A stretch of DNA of 64,000 bases from Spirochaetia bacterium (GCA_965198005.1 CBDAOI010000004.1:320001-384000); one strand, 5' to 3'. Shown: positions 1 to 10,830, counted from the stretch's first letter. The notes: generated by a model not told the origin, from the sequence alone. Translations and numbers: made by a program.

Positions 1-1
1 C

Positions 2-709
2 CGCACCGACGAGTTCCTGGACAACCGACAGTTCCACGGCAACGCATTCACACTCCTGAGGAGTGCGGAACGCTTCTTCCGCGAGAACCTGCCCATCGCC
101 GGACGTATCGAGCCCGATCGCTTCGAACGGGTGGACGATCCGCTCTATCCGCCGCCGGCTTTACGCGAGGCACTTGCGAACGCTATCTGCCACCGGGACT
201 ACTCGATCGGCGGAGGATCCGTGGCCGCCGCGATTTACGACGACCGCCTTGAAGTGACATCTTCGGGGCCGCTGCACTTCGGGCTCACTCCCGAGGCTCT
301 GTTCCAGCCCCATGAGTCGTTGCCCTGGAACCCGCTCATCGCACGGGTCTTCTACCTGCGCGGAATCATCGAGCAGTGGGGCCGGGGAACCATCAAGATG
401 AGGGAACTTATCACAGATGCTGGACTACCGGCGCCGGAGATCGAGGACGCCGGCGGATGCGTGACCGTGCGTTTCAGACCGGGCGTCTACGTCCTCAGTC
501 GTGTCGAGCGGGACATATCCGATCGCCAGAGAGCCGTCCTTTCCCTGCTGGCGGGATCGCGCGACGGATACGCCCTGCGCGAGATTGTTCCGTTACTGAA
601 TAGCTTAGCCACTTCACGACAGGTACGAGAGGATCTGTGGATCTTGCGAACGCTGGGCTTGGCTGAATGCCGGGGACGTGGCCGTGGGGCGCGGTGGAAA
701 CGCCGATAG
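2..709 (+). CDS. ATP-binding protein, RecG-C-terminal/HATPase-like domain plus C-terminal HTH (5'-partial)
   Basis: Frame open from base 2; YPPPALREALANAICHRDY, IYDDRLEV.S.G, NPLIARVF and IEQWGRG motifs. Confidence 0.8.
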   Translation, partial: RTDEFLDNRQFHGNAFTLLRSAERFFRENLPIAGRIEPDRFERVDDPLYPPPALREALANAICHRDYSIGGGSVAAAIYDDRLEVTSSGPLHFGLTPEALFQPHESLPWNPLIARVFYLRGIIEQWGRGTIKMRELITDAGLPAPEIEDAGGCVTVRFRPGVYVLSRVERDISDRQRAVLSLLAGSRDGYALREIVPLLNSLATSRQVREDLWILRTLGLAECRGRGRGARWKRR

Positions 710-870
710 TTCCGGCGCATTCCGGCTTATTCTGTCTTATTCCGGCTCATTGATCGGCCATTTACGCCGGAGGCTTGCGTCCGCTCATTCTCATACCTTC
801 TCATACCGATTCTGTCGCGGTCCCCACGTAGTTCGACATGGTGATGACAGGCGCGCCACATAGCGCGACA

Positions 871-2472
871 ATGGCGGTCGTGCGCACGTTCAATACCGCG
901 GGCCCGGTGCGGGGGCACCGGCACTACCAGATCGCGCCGCTGTCGCGGATCGACCTTGAGGAAGTGCTCGGCCTGATCCGCGACGAGAAGTACTTCGTGC
1001 TGCACGCGCCGCGGCAGACCGGCAAGACCTCCGCGCTGCTGGCGCTGCGCGACCTGCTGAATGCCGGGGAGGCGGGCGACTTCCGCTGCCTGTACGCCAA
1101 CGTCGAAAACGGTCAGGCGATGCGCGAGAACGTGGCGGAAGCCATGCGCACCGTGCTTGCCGAGCTGGCGTACCAGGCGAGCGTGACGCTGGACGACGAG
1201 ACCCTGGAAGAGCTGTGGCCCGCGCTTCTGGAACGGGTCGGGCCGGCTCAGGCGCTACGCCAGGCGCTGGCGCGCTGGTGCATGGCCGACCCGCGTCCGC
1301 TGGTACTGCTGATCGACGAGATCGACGCGCTGGTGGGCGATACCCTGCTGTCGGTGCTGCGGCAGCTTCGTACCGGGTACGTCGACCGCCCGCAGCGCTT
1401 TCCGCACAGTATCGTCCTCTGCGGGCTGCGCGACGTGCGCGACTACCGCATCCACTCGTCAGCGGAGAATCGCCTGGTGCTTGGCGGCAGCGCGTTCAAC
1501 ATCAAGTCCGAGTCGTTGCGGCTCGGCGACTTCACCGAGCAGGAGATCCGCACGCTGACCGCGCAGCACACGGCACAGACCGGGCAGGCGTTCACCGAAG
1601 ATGCGCTGGAGTCGATCTGGCAGCGCACCGCAGGCCAGCCGTGGCTGGTGAACGCGCTGTGCTACGACGCCTGCTTTCGCCACAAGCCGGGCCGCGACCG
1701 TGCGCGCCCGATCACCGCGGCCGCCATCCTGGAGGCACAGGAGCGGTTGATCCTGCGTCGTGACACCCATATCGACGACCTGGCACACAAGCTGCGCGAA
1801 GAGCGCGTGCGGCGCGTGATCTCACCGATCCTGGCCGGCGCACGCCAGCAGGCGTGGTCGAACGAAGACCTCGCCTACGTCTGCGACCTGGGCCTGGTCA
1901 GGCAGGACGTGGGCGGCCGGCCGCGCATCGCCAACCCGATCTACGCGGAGGTGGTGCCACGCCACCTCAACTACGCGGTGCAGGCAGGACTGCCGCAGGA
2001 GATGGCGTGGTACGTGGACACTCACGGCGGGCTGGACGTGGCGGGGCTGATCGCGGCGTTTCAGACATTCTTCCGGGAGCACTCGGAGCACTGGGTGCAG
2101 CGCTTCGAGCAGTACCACGAGGCGGGGCCGCAGTTGCTGCTGCAGGCGCACCTGCAGCGGGTGGTGAACGGCGGCGGCCGGATCGAGCGGGAGTACGCGC
2201 TGGGGCGAGGCAGGACCGACCTGCTGATCGCGTGGCCGCAGGGTGGGCGCGAACGGCGCTGGGTGGTGGAGTGCAAGCTGCGGCGCGGCGACCTGGAGCG
2301 TACCATCGCGGAAGGACTGGCGCAGACGCGCGCCTACGTGGACCGGTGCGCTGCCGAGGCGGGCCACCTGGTCGTGTTCGACCGCTCGCCGGAGCGCACT
2401 TGGGAGCAGAAGATCTTCCGCCGCGCGGCGCCGCCCGGCATCGACATCCCGGTCACGGTGTGGGGTATGTAG
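871..2472 (+). CDS. AAA-family ATPase with C-terminal PD-(D/E)XK nuclease-like domain
   Basis: FNTAGP N-terminus, Walker A APRQTGKTS, Walker B LLIDEID, C-terminal REYALGRGRTDL..VVECK; start approximate. Confidence 0.85.
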   Translation: MAVVRTFNTAGPVRGHRHYQIAPLSRIDLEEVLGLIRDEKYFVLHAPRQTGKTSALLALRDLLNAGEAGDFRCLYANVENGQAMRENVAEAMRTVLAELAYQASVTLDDETLEELWPALLERVGPAQALRQALARWCMADPRPLVLLIDEIDALVGDTLLSVLRQLRTGYVDRPQRFPHSIVLCGLRDVRDYRIHSSAENRLVLGGSAFNIKSESLRLGDFTEQEIRTLTAQHTAQTGQAFTEDALESIWQRTAGQPWLVNALCYDACFRHKPGRDRARPITAAAILEAQERLILRRDTHIDDLAHKLREERVRRVISPILAGARQQAWSNEDLAYVCDLGLVRQDVGGRPRIANPIYAEVVPRHLNYAVQAGLPQEMAWYVDTHGGLDVAGLIAAFQTFFREHSEHWVQRFEQYHEAGPQLLLQAHLQRVVNGGGRIEREYALGRGRTDLLIAWPQGGRERRWVVECKLRRGDLERTIAEGLAQTRAYVDRCAAEAGHLVVFDRSPERTWEQKIFRRAAPPGIDIPVTVWGM

Positions 2473-2517
2473 ACTCGTTCTGTTGCACCGCGCGGCGTAT
2501 TACGATTACCCTGATGT

Positions 2518-2790
2518 ATGACAATGTTGAGTTTTCGGGTGCAGGAAGCGGACGCACAAGCGGCCACCCGCTGGGCGACCGCCCTGGGCATCGACCGCTC
2601 GGACCTATTGCGGGAGGCGCTCCATCGCCATCTGGTCAGCCTGGCAGCAGCGACGGAAGTGAGCGCGTACGCCCGGTCGCCGTTCGATGCCGGCGAGCTC
2701 TCGCTGTCCGCAATCGCCGACTGGGGGCCCGCCGAGGAGTGGTCTGACTGGTCGGATGCCATGGACCCCACAGAGCATGAGACGCGGTGA
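2518..2790 (+). CDS. ribbon-helix-helix antitoxin (MazE-like)
   Basis: MLSFRV...RSDLLREALHRHL RHH pattern, acidic DWGPAEEWSDW tail, overlaps the MazF-like ORF. Confidence 0.75.
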   Translation: MTMLSFRVQEADAQAATRWATALGIDRSDLLREALHRHLVSLAAATEVSAYARSPFDAGELSLSAIADWGPAEEWSDWSDAMDPTEHETR

Positions 2791-2959
2791 AGTCTGGTTC
2801 GCGGCCACGCCGGGCGGAGACCGACCGGTGCTGGTGCTGACCCGCGATCCGGTCGCCGCCCGGATCGGCGCCGTAGTGGTGGCCGCGCTCACGCGCACCG
2901 AACGCGGGCTGGTTATGGCGGAGGCATGCCGTACCCTCCGCGACGCTCTCGGCTGCTGA
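2777..2959 (+). pseudogene. MazF/PemK toxin with internal deletion
   Basis: MRRGEVWF...RPVLVLTRD N-terminus joined directly to C-terminal MAEACRTLRDALGC; only 60 aa. Confidence 0.75.
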
Positions 2960-3064
2960 GCTCAGCGCGTCAACCCGAAAACAGGTTCCGTCATACCGGG
3001 CTCCACTCGGTGCAAAGAGAGACGAAAGACCTCATGAGCCGCAGGTCCAGCAGTACCGTCGTTG

Positions 3065-3140
3065 CCGGCCACGGTGGCGGTGTCGCCGTCGGGCCGAAGC
3101 AGGGTCGCCAGGACGCGGATCAGCGTGGTCTTGCCGGCGC
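3065..3140 (-). pseudogene. ABC ATPase Walker A remnant
   Basis: AGKTTLIRVLATLLRPDGDTATVAG, a near-copy of 11175-11248. Confidence 0.55.
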
Positions 3141-3192
3141 GATGATGCCCGGCGCCACGGCGGCGCTGAATACTTCGTAAACGAACAGTACG

Positions 3193-4461
3193 ATGGGGCG
3201 CATGAGATTCATGCCGATTGTCCTGCTCTTTGGCTTGGTCGCCGCGAACGCTGTTGCCAGTCCCGCCGGGGAGGCCGCCGGCACGTCCCCGGCCGCCGAT
3301 GCTCTCGGCACGGTGGAGGTCGGCGCCGGTGAGGCGGTGCAGATCCGTTCGCTGCTGTCGCATACCGGCGCGGATTCCCTGGGCGCGTCGTTGCGCTACG
3401 GCGTCGAGTTGGCGGTACGCGACTACGGCGACCTCCTCGGCCACGCGATCGAGCTCGGCGACCCGCTGGACAGCGGATGCTCGCCCGAGACTGGCCGCGA
3501 AGGTGCGCGCCGGATCGCCGCCGACGCCCGGGTGATCGGCGTCATCGGCACCTCCTGCTCGGCTGCGGCGGTGGCCGTCTCGCCGCTGCTCAGCGCGGCG
3601 GGACTGGTGCTGGTGTCGCCATCCAACACCTCGCCGCGGCTCACCTCCGACTTGGCCGGCACCGCCGGCTCCGACCACCACCCGGGCTACTTCCGGGTGT
3701 CCAACAACGACCTCTACGGCGCCGTCGCCGTAGCCGACTTCGCCTACGGCGAGCTGGGCCGGCGGCGGATGGCGGCCATCCACGACGGCGACCCCTACAC
3801 CACGGCCCTGGTGAGCGCGTTCGGGGCCGCGTTCCGCGACCGCGGCGGCGAGCTGGTAGCCACCGTCGGCATCGACAAGGGCGACACCGACCTGACCGCG
3901 GTGCTCGCCCAGTTCGCAGCCGCCGAGCCCGACGGGCTATTCTTCCCGTTGTTCGTGGCGGAAGGCTCGGCGTTCGCCCTGCAGGCGCGCGCCTTCGACG
4001 GTCTGCAGGACGCGACGCTCATCACCGGCGCCGCCATGCTGGTCTCGGAGTTCCTCGGCATGGCCCACTCCGAGGGCATCTACTTCGCCGGGCCGGAGTC
4101 ATCCCACGGCGGCAGCGCCAACGTCGCCACCGGCAGGGACGCGGCCGCGGTGCTCGCCGATTTTCACGCCGCCTACGGCGCGCCCACCTCGCCCTACTGG
4201 GCCTTCGCCTACGACGCCGCCACCCTGCTCCTCAGCGCCATCGAGGCGGCCGCCGTGGCCGAGAGCGGCAAGCTCACCGTGAACCGGACCGCGCTGCGGG
4301 CGACGCTGACCGCCACACAGGGGTTTCGCGGCATCACCGGCGTCCTCTCCTGCGACGCCTTCGGCGACTGCGGCACCGGTCGTATCAACATCTACCACCA
4401 CCAGGACGCGGGCACCACCGACGCCGCCCAGCTCGCGGTGGTGTACCGCTTCTCCCCGTGA
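3193..4461 (+). CDS. branched-chain amino acid ABC transporter substrate-binding protein
   Basis: Signal peptide; GVIGTSCS, SPSNTSP, YFRVSNND, AYDAATLL and GITGVLSCD motifs (LivK-like). Confidence 0.9.
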   Translation: MGRMRFMPIVLLFGLVAANAVASPAGEAAGTSPAADALGTVEVGAGEAVQIRSLLSHTGADSLGASLRYGVELAVRDYGDLLGHAIELGDPLDSGCSPETGREGARRIAADARVIGVIGTSCSAAAVAVSPLLSAAGLVLVSPSNTSPRLTSDLAGTAGSDHHPGYFRVSNNDLYGAVAVADFAYGELGRRRMAAIHDGDPYTTALVSAFGAAFRDRGGELVATVGIDKGDTDLTAVLAQFAAAEPDGLFFPLFVAEGSAFALQARAFDGLQDATLITGAAMLVSEFLGMAHSEGIYFAGPESSHGGSANVATGRDAAAVLADFHAAYGAPTSPYWAFAYDAATLLLSAIEAAAVAESGKLTVNRTALRATLTATQGFRGITGVLSCDAFGDCGTGRINIYHHQDAGTTDAAQLAVVYRFSP

Positions 4462-4623
4462 CCCGCCGCCACAGACGCGGGCCCGGTCGAGTACCGGGAG
4501 CGTCAGCACGCACGGGATCTTCCCCGCCCAGATACGGCGGCGGTGCAATCCCGGCGCGGACCGGTCGCCGGATGCCGATCTCCCCAGGTTGTCATGCCGG
4601 CGCCGGCATTGTAGCATCCGAGG

Positions 4624-5976
4624 ATGAGTGCATCGTCGGCGCGAGAACGTCAGGGCCAATCCACCGGTTTGAACCTTGAGCCCTACTGGATGCCGTTTAC
4701 CGGCAACCGCTACTTCAAGAAGCACCCGCGGCTGATCGCCGCGGCGAGCGGTGTGCGCTGCACCACGGCCGACGGCCGCATACTCCTCGACGGAGCCGCC
4801 GGGATGTGGTGCTGCAACGCCGGCCACTGCCATCCCACGATCGTCGCGGCGGTGCAGGCGCAGGTGGCGAAGCTCGACTACGCGATGGCGTTTCAGGTCG
4901 GCCACCCCTCGGTATTCGAGCTGGCCGAGCGCCTTACCGCGATGGCGCCGTCGGAGTTCGACCATGCCTTCTTCGTCAACTCCGGCTCCGAGGCGGTGGA
5001 CACCGCGCTCAAGATCGCGCTCGGCTATCACCGTGCCCGCGGGGAGGGCACGCGGGTGCGGTTGATCGGACGGGAACGCGGCTACCACGGGGTCGGATTC
5101 GGCGGCATGTCGGTAGGGGGCATCACCCCGAATCGGAAGACCTTCGCGGGCGCGTTGCTGCCGGCGGTCGATCATCTGCCCCACACGCACGACCTGCAGC
5201 GGAATGCGTTCAGCCGTGGCCAGCCGCAGCACGGCGCCGAGCTTGCCGATGTCCTCGAGCAACTGGTCGCGCTGCACGACGCGTCGACGATCGCGGCGGT
5301 GATCGTGGAGCCGGTGGCCGGCTCGGCCGGCGTGCTGCTGCCGCCGCAGGGCTACCTGGAGCGTCTGCGCGAGATCTGCACGGCGCACGGCATCCTGCTG
5401 ATCTTCGACGAGGTGATTACGGGCTTCGGCCGCCTCGGCGCGAGCTTCGCCGCCGAGCGCTTCGGGGTGGTGCCCGACCTCATAACCGTCGCGAAGGGTC
5501 TGACCAGCGGCGTGGTGCCGATGGGCGGGGTGCTGGTGCGCAGGGAGCTCTACGACGCATTCATGAGCGGTCCCGAGGAAGCCATCGAGCTGTTTCACGG
5601 CCACACCTACTCCGGCCATCCCGTCGCCGCCGTGGCCGCGCTCGCCGCGCTGGAGGTCTACCGCGACCAGGACCTGTTCGCGCGCGCGCGGCGGCTCGAG
5701 CCGATTCTGGAGGACGCGCTGCACGCGTTGCGCGGGGCCCGTCACGTCATCGACGTGCGCAACCTGGGGCTGGTCGGGGCGGTCGAACTGGAGCCGGCTG
5801 CCGGCGCGCCCGGCAGACGTGGCGCAGCCGTGTTCCGCGGATGCTTCGACCGCGACGCCATCGTCCGGACCACGGGGGATACCATCGCGCTGTCACCGCC
5901 CCTCACTATGGAGCAGACCGAGATCCACCAGATCGTCGACACCGTCGGTCGGGTGTTGGGCGACCTCGACTACTAG
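4624..5976 (+). CDS. class III aminotransferase (omega-amino acid:pyruvate type)
   Basis: YWMPFT, NSGSEAVD, GYHG, LIFDEVITGFGR, AKGLTSG (PLP lysine), HGHTYSGHP. Confidence 0.92.
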   Translation: MSASSARERQGQSTGLNLEPYWMPFTGNRYFKKHPRLIAAASGVRCTTADGRILLDGAAGMWCCNAGHCHPTIVAAVQAQVAKLDYAMAFQVGHPSVFELAERLTAMAPSEFDHAFFVNSGSEAVDTALKIALGYHRARGEGTRVRLIGRERGYHGVGFGGMSVGGITPNRKTFAGALLPAVDHLPHTHDLQRNAFSRGQPQHGAELADVLEQLVALHDASTIAAVIVEPVAGSAGVLLPPQGYLERLREICTAHGILLIFDEVITGFGRLGASFAAERFGVVPDLITVAKGLTSGVVPMGGVLVRRELYDAFMSGPEEAIELFHGHTYSGHPVAAVAALAALEVYRDQDLFARARRLEPILEDALHALRGARHVIDVRNLGLVGAVELEPAAGAPGRRGAAVFRGCFDRDAIVRTTGDTIALSPPLTMEQTEIHQIVDTVGRVLGDLDY

Positions 5977-6169
5977 TCCGGGTCGGCGTCGGCGTGCGCT
6001 CAGGCGATGCCGAGGATCTGGCGAGCGTCGGCGGTGGTCGCCACCTCCATCTGCGCGTTGCTCTTGAGCGGCCGGGATGTTGGTCGCGCGTCGGCACCGA
6101 GCCGGTCAAGCTCTCAAGTCCCGTCGAATCGACCCGCATGTCCACCGGCGTACCGGCGAGACACTGCAG

Positions 6170-7774
6170 TCAGCCGCGCTGGGGGCGGTCGAGGGAGTCG
6201 TTGCGGTAGTGGCTGCCGAGGCTGCGCGGGTTGCGCAGCGCGGCGTAGGTCACCAGCAGCGCGGTCTGGACGGCGTTGCGCAGGGTGAGCAGGCGCGGCG
6301 TGAGGCGGTTGTCGGCGTAGAAGCTGTCGACCTCGCTCTTCAGCTCGCGCAGCAGGTTGGTGGCGCGGTCCAGCCGCTTGCCGGTGCGCACCAGCCCCAC
6401 GTAGTTCCACATGGTGTTGCGGATCAGGCTGAGGTCCTGGGTGACCAGCTCGTCGTCGGGCTCGGCGCCGGGCATCTCCCACGAGCGCACCTCGGGCAGG
6501 TGGAAGCCGGCGCCGCCGGCGATCTCGGCCGCGTGCTGCCGGGCGGCGCCGGTGCCCATCACCACGCACTCCAGCAGCGAGGTGCTGGCCAGCCGGTTGG
6601 CCCCGTGCAGCCCGGTGCAGGCGGTCTCGCCGATGGCGCTGAGGTGGGCGATGTTGGTGTTGCCGGCCATGTCGGTGTGGATGCCGCCGCAGGCGTAGTG
6701 GGCGGCGGGCACTACCGGGATCGGCGCGCGCGTCATGTCCACTCCGGCGGCCAGCAGGCGCGCGTTAATGGTAGGGAAACGGCTGCGCGCGTAGTCGGGG
6801 TCGACCTTGGCCAGGTCGATGTAGACCGAGTCGCTGGCGCTCCTGAGCAGCTCGGTGTGGATCGAGCGCGCGATCACGTCGCGCGGCGCCAGCGAACCCT
6901 GGGGATGGTAGCGCTCCATGAACGCCGTGCCCTCGTGGTTGACCAGCACCCCGCCCTCGCCCCGCACCGCCTCCGACACCAGGAACGGGCGTTCTCCCGG
7001 ACGGTGGAACACGGTGGGATGGAACTGCACGTACTCCAGGTCGATCACCCGCGCGCCCACCCGGTAGGCCATGGCGATGCCGTGGCCGAAGGCGCCGGTG
7101 TCGTTGGTGCTGTGCAGGTAGATCTGGCCGAGTCCACCGGTGGCCAGCACCGTCTTCCTGGCCACGATGGCGCGCACCTGCCCCTGCCCGGCGTCCAGCA
7201 CGTAGGCGCCGATGCAACTCAACGGGCGGTAGCGGTCGAGGAAGTCCACCGAGCTGTGCGAGAGCGTGAGCAGGTCGACCGCGAATGTCCCGGTGGCCAG
7301 CGTCAGGCTGCCGCCGGCGGGGAGCGGACCGGCGGCAGCCAGCTCCGCCAGGCGGGCGTGGAGGGCGCCGAGGATGGCGCGGCCGGTGTGGTCCTTGGCG
7401 TAGATGATGCGGTGGCGGGAGTGGGACGCCTCGCGGGTGAACCTGAGCGCCCCGCCGGCGTCGCGATCGAAGGCGACCTGAAGGTCCTCGATCAGCAGCT
7501 CGCGCACCACGCGCGGCCCCTGGTCGATCAGGGTGTCCACCGCCGCGGGGTTGGCGGAGTGGGCGCTGGCGGCGTCGAGGTCGGCGCGTAGCAGGTCGCC
7601 GTCCTCCTGGTCGAAGATGATGCCCCCCTGCGCCCACAGACTGTTGCTCGCCTGCAGCTCCTCGGCGCCGGTGATCAGGGTGACGTGGAGGCCGGCGCGG
7701 GCCGCCTGCAGCGCGTAGACCGCGCCCGCCACGCCGGCGCCGATCACCAGGCAGTCGGTGCGGGTGGTGGTCAT
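6170..7774 (-). CDS. nadB: L-aspartate oxidase
   Basis: GAGVAG FAD motif, SLWAQGGI, QFHPT, SEAVRGEG, GLHGANRLASTSLLE; start MTTTRTD overlaps the nadC stop. Confidence 0.93.
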   Translation of the reverse strand: MTTTRTDCLVIGAGVAGAVYALQAARAGLHVTLITGAEELQASNSLWAQGGIIFDQEDGDLLRADLDAASAHSANPAAVDTLIDQGPRVVRELLIEDLQVAFDRDAGGALRFTREASHSRHRIIYAKDHTGRAILGALHARLAELAAAGPLPAGGSLTLATGTFAVDLLTLSHSSVDFLDRYRPLSCIGAYVLDAGQGQVRAIVARKTVLATGGLGQIYLHSTNDTGAFGHGIAMAYRVGARVIDLEYVQFHPTVFHRPGERPFLVSEAVRGEGGVLVNHEGTAFMERYHPQGSLAPRDVIARSIHTELLRSASDSVYIDLAKVDPDYARSRFPTINARLLAAGVDMTRAPIPVVPAAHYACGGIHTDMAGNTNIAHLSAIGETACTGLHGANRLASTSLLECVVMGTGAARQHAAEIAGGAGFHLPEVRSWEMPGAEPDDELVTQDLSLIRNTMWNYVGLVRTGKRLDRATNLLRELKSEVDSFYADNRLTPRLLTLRNAVQTALLVTYAALRNPRSLGSHYRNDSLDRPQRG

Positions 7775-8610
7775 CGCCGTTCCAGAAAGTCGAGCCCCAG
7801 GTCGGGCCGGCGCGCGGCGGCGGTGATCGCGCTGGTCGAGATCACCTGGGCGCCGGCCGCGGCGTAGGCGGCCAGCGACTCCAGCGTGACGCCGCCCGAT
7901 ACCTCGACGAGCGCCCGGCCGGCCACCACGGCGACCGCCGCGCGCACCGTCTCCGGGCTCATGTTGTCGAGCAGAATGACGTCGGCCCCGGCGGCCACCG
8001 CCTCCTGCACCTGCGCCAGGGTGTCGGTCTCCACCTCGATGCGGGCGACGTGGGGTGCCCGCGCCCGCGCCCGGCGCACCGCGGCGGTGATGCCGCCCGC
8101 CACCGCGACGTGGTTGTCCTTGATCAGCACGCAGTCGGCCAGCGAGGCGCGGTGGTTGCGGCCGCCGCCGCAGCGCACCGCGTACTTCTCCAGCTCGCGC
8201 AGCCCGGGGGTGGTCTTGCGCGTCTCGCACACCACCGCCGCCGTTCCGCGCAGCCGCTCCACGTAGCCGCGGGTGGCGGTGGCGATGCCCGAAAGGTGCT
8301 GCAGCAGGTTGAGGGCGGTGCGTTCGGCGGCCAGGATCGGCTGCGCCCGCCCGGCCACGTACAGCACCCGCTCGCCGGCGTCCGCGGCGGCACCGTCGGC
8401 CAACGCCAGCTCCACGTTGAGGTCGGGGTCGAGCCGCCAGAACACGTGGGCCGCTAGCTCGCCGCCGCTCACCACCAGCGGCTCGCGCGCCACCACTGCC
8501 GCCCGGCACTCGGCGGCGGCGGGTATGACGGCCGAGCCGGTCACGTCCCCCAGTCCCAGGTCCTCCTCCAGCGCGTTTTCTATGACGCGCCGCGCGGAGA
8601 ATGGAATCAT
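7771..8610 (-). CDS. nadC: nicotinate-nucleotide diphosphorylase (quinolinate phosphoribosyltransferase)
   Basis: ERTALNLLQHLSGIAT, TRKTTPG, LIKDNH, ILLDNM. Confidence 0.95.
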   Translation of the reverse strand: MIPFSARRVIENALEEDLGLGDVTGSAVIPAAAECRAAVVAREPLVVSGGELAAHVFWRLDPDLNVELALADGAAADAGERVLYVAGRAQPILAAERTALNLLQHLSGIATATRGYVERLRGTAAVVCETRKTTPGLRELEKYAVRCGGGRNHRASLADCVLIKDNHVAVAGGITAAVRRARARAPHVARIEVETDTLAQVQEAVAAGADVILLDNMSPETVRAAVAVVAGRALVEVSGGVTLESLAAYAAAGAQVISTSAITAAARRPDLGLDFLERR

Positions 8611-8626
8611 CTGTGCGCGCTCCTCT

Positions 8627-9700
8627 TCAGTCCGTGAGCTCGAACATGCGCTCGATGGAGCGCAGCGCCGCCACCCGCAGCGGCTCGTCGAGCTCGATGA
8701 TCTGGTGCGGCTGCGGGTCGACCAGCACGTCGCGGATCTTCTTGAGGCTGTTGAGCTTCATGTAGGGACACAGCCGGCAGGAGCCGATGAACTGCTTGCC
8801 GGGGTTCTCCACCTCGACCCGGCTGACCAGCCCGCACTCGGTGAGCAGCATGAAGTAGGTGGCGTCGGTGGCGCGCACGTACTCCATCATCTTGCCGGTG
8901 CTGCCCACGAAGTCGCTGGCCGCGGTGACGTCGGTGGGACACTCCGGGTGGCTCACCACCTTGACCCCGGGGTAGCGGGCGCGCGCCTCGGCGATCGCCT
9001 TGACCGTGAACTGATCGTGCACCAGGCAGGTGCCGTCGGAGCTGTGGATCACCTTGTCGCTGCCGCGCGCGGCCAGTTCGCGGCGGATGTTGGCGGCCAT
9101 CAGGCGGTCGGGCACGAACAGGACCTCGCGCTGCGGCAGACGTTCGATGATCGAGTAGACGTTGCCGGAGGTGACGCACACGTCGCTGGCCGCCTTCACC
9201 TCGGCGGAGCTGTTGACGTAGCACACCACCGCCGCCTCCGGGTGGCGCGTCTTCAGCGCCCGCAGCTCGGCGCCCGTGAGGGAGTCGGCCAGGGAGCAGC
9301 CGGAGGCGATGTCGGGCACCACCACCAGCGCGTCGGGGCACAGGATCTTGGCGGTCTCGGCCATGAAGACCACGCCGGCGAACACGATCACGTCGGCTTC
9401 GGAGTTGCGCGCCTCCAGGCTCAGCGCGTACGAGTCGCTCTTGAAGTCGGCCACGCCGTACACGATCTCCGGGTTGACGTAGGAGTGAGCCAGGATGATG
9501 GCGTTCTTCTCCGCCTTGATGCGGTTGATTTCGTAGGTGAGAGGGGCGACCTCGTAGCAGCGCTCCAAAGTCCATTGGGCACCGGGCTGACACTCGACGT
9601 GCAACAGATTCGAGAACAGCCGTTCCGCTTCCTGTGCCACTGCGCCGGTAGGCATTTCGCGTGACCGTCGACCGTCTAGATACTCAGGCTTGGCGACCAT
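8627..9700 (-). CDS. nadA: quinolinate synthase
   Basis: ILAHSY, FMAETAK, GCSLAD, YVNSSA, CLVH, HPEC, CPYMKLN; start uncertain (9700 or 9655). Confidence 0.93.
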   Translation of the reverse strand: MVAKPEYLDGRRSREMPTGAVAQEAERLFSNLLHVECQPGAQWTLERCYEVAPLTYEINRIKAEKNAIILAHSYVNPEIVYGVADFKSDSYALSLEARNSEADVIVFAGVVFMAETAKILCPDALVVVPDIASGCSLADSLTGAELRALKTRHPEAAVVCYVNSSAEVKAASDVCVTSGNVYSIIERLPQREVLFVPDRLMAANIRRELAARGSDKVIHSSDGTCLVHDQFTVKAIAEARARYPGVKVVSHPECPTDVTAASDFVGSTGKMMEYVRATDATYFMLLTECGLVSRVEVENPGKQFIGSCRLCPYMKLNSLKKIRDVLVDPQPHQIIELDEPLRVAALRSIERMFELTD

Positions 9701-9764
9701 GTCAACGGCGCGCCGCAGGGGGGCAGCTCAGGGCGACAGGGGCCGGCCGGCGGCGGTGACTCCG

Positions 9765-9871
9765 CTACCAGAGGCGCGTCACGGCATACGCGTCGAATGC
9801 CTCGAATACCGGGGCGCCGCCGCGTGTTCCACGAACTACAGCACTGTATGGGTATCGAGCAGGAGCGTCAT
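9765..9871 (-). pseudogene. VapC/PIN toxin remnant
   Basis: MTLLLDTHTVL then TAG; typical C-terminus FDAYAVTRLW in another frame; most of the gene is deleted. Confidence 0.7.
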
Positions 9872-10104
9872 TTGCGGTAGTCGGCGAAGTCGTCCAACGG
9901 CGCGTCGAAGTCCGGCGCGACGTAGGTAAACGTCCCCCTGACGAAACCGGCCCGGCGCGCATGGCTTGGCGGCGCTACGGGCCTGAGCTCCGCGATCCGT
10001 TTGCCGCGGCGGGTCAGGTAGAAGGTCTTGCCCTCGAGCACCTGATTCAACAGCGCCGACAGGTTGGTCTTCGCTTCCAAAGTGCCGATCTCTTCCACGT
10101 ACAT
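9868..10104 (-). CDS. Phd/YefM antitoxin
   Basis: EAKTNLSALL...LTRRGKRIAEL, DFDAPLDDFADY tail. Confidence 0.85.
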   Translation of the reverse strand: MYVEEIGTLEAKTNLSALLNQVLEGKTFYLTRRGKRIAELRPVAPPSHARRAGFVRGTFTYVAPDFDAPLDDFADYRK

Positions 10105-10153
10105 GACAGCATGACAGTAACATAACATAGTCAGCAACGGTCGGTTTGCCGGG

Positions 10154-10830
10154 TTAGCTCACGGCGCGGCGGTAGAGGCGCACGGCCAGCGGCGCGGCCA
10201 CCACCAGGATGGCGAGCGACCACAGCACGGCGGCGGTGACCTCGCCGGCCACCGTCTGAGAGGGCGCCAGCGCACCCTCGCCGAGGATCAGGCCGCGCAC
10301 GGCGTTGGCGGTGCGGGTAACCCCGGCTGATGGTCGGCGAACACGCGCAGCCAGCCCGGCAGCGTTTCGGTCGGCACGAATATCGAGCTGGCGAACACCA
10401 TTGGAAAGATCGGAATCATGGCCGCCGGCTGCGCTGCCTCGGAGTTCTTGACGCTCAGACCGACGCAGGCCATCACCCACGACAGGGCAAAGGCGAACAT
10501 CATCGCCACCAGCAGCCCGCCGACCAGCGGCACGAACGAGGTCTGTGGTCGGAAGCCGAGCACGTAGCCCAACACGAACACCAGCCCGAGCACGAAGATG
10601 TTGCGGATCAGATCGGCGACCGTGCGCCCGGCGAGCACCGCGGAGCGCGCCATCGGCAGCGACCGGAAACGGTCGATCACGCCGTTGTTGAGGTCTTCGA
10701 TCAGCCCCATCCCGGTCTGGGTGGAACCGAACGCGGCCATCTGCAGCAGCACCCCCGGCAGCAGCCAGTTGAGGTACTGGCCGCCGGCCGCGGCCGGAAT
10801 CGAGCGGCCCACCGCGCCGCCGACGGCCAC
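10154..10830 (-). pseudogene. ABC-2 (DrrB-like) permease, 5'-deleted and frameshifted
   Basis: LLPGVL, GVIDRFRSLPMARSAVLAGR, FASSIFVP; the C-terminus continues in another frame. Confidence 0.8.

Noticed and set aside
710-812. 10-bp periodic repeats TTCCGGCTTA-like and TTCTCATACC after the first gene
   Set aside because: Short and degenerate, with no supportable function.
4099-9664. Long opposite-strand ORFs over the aminotransferase and nad genes
   Set aside because: Shadow ORFs expected from high-GC codon bias.
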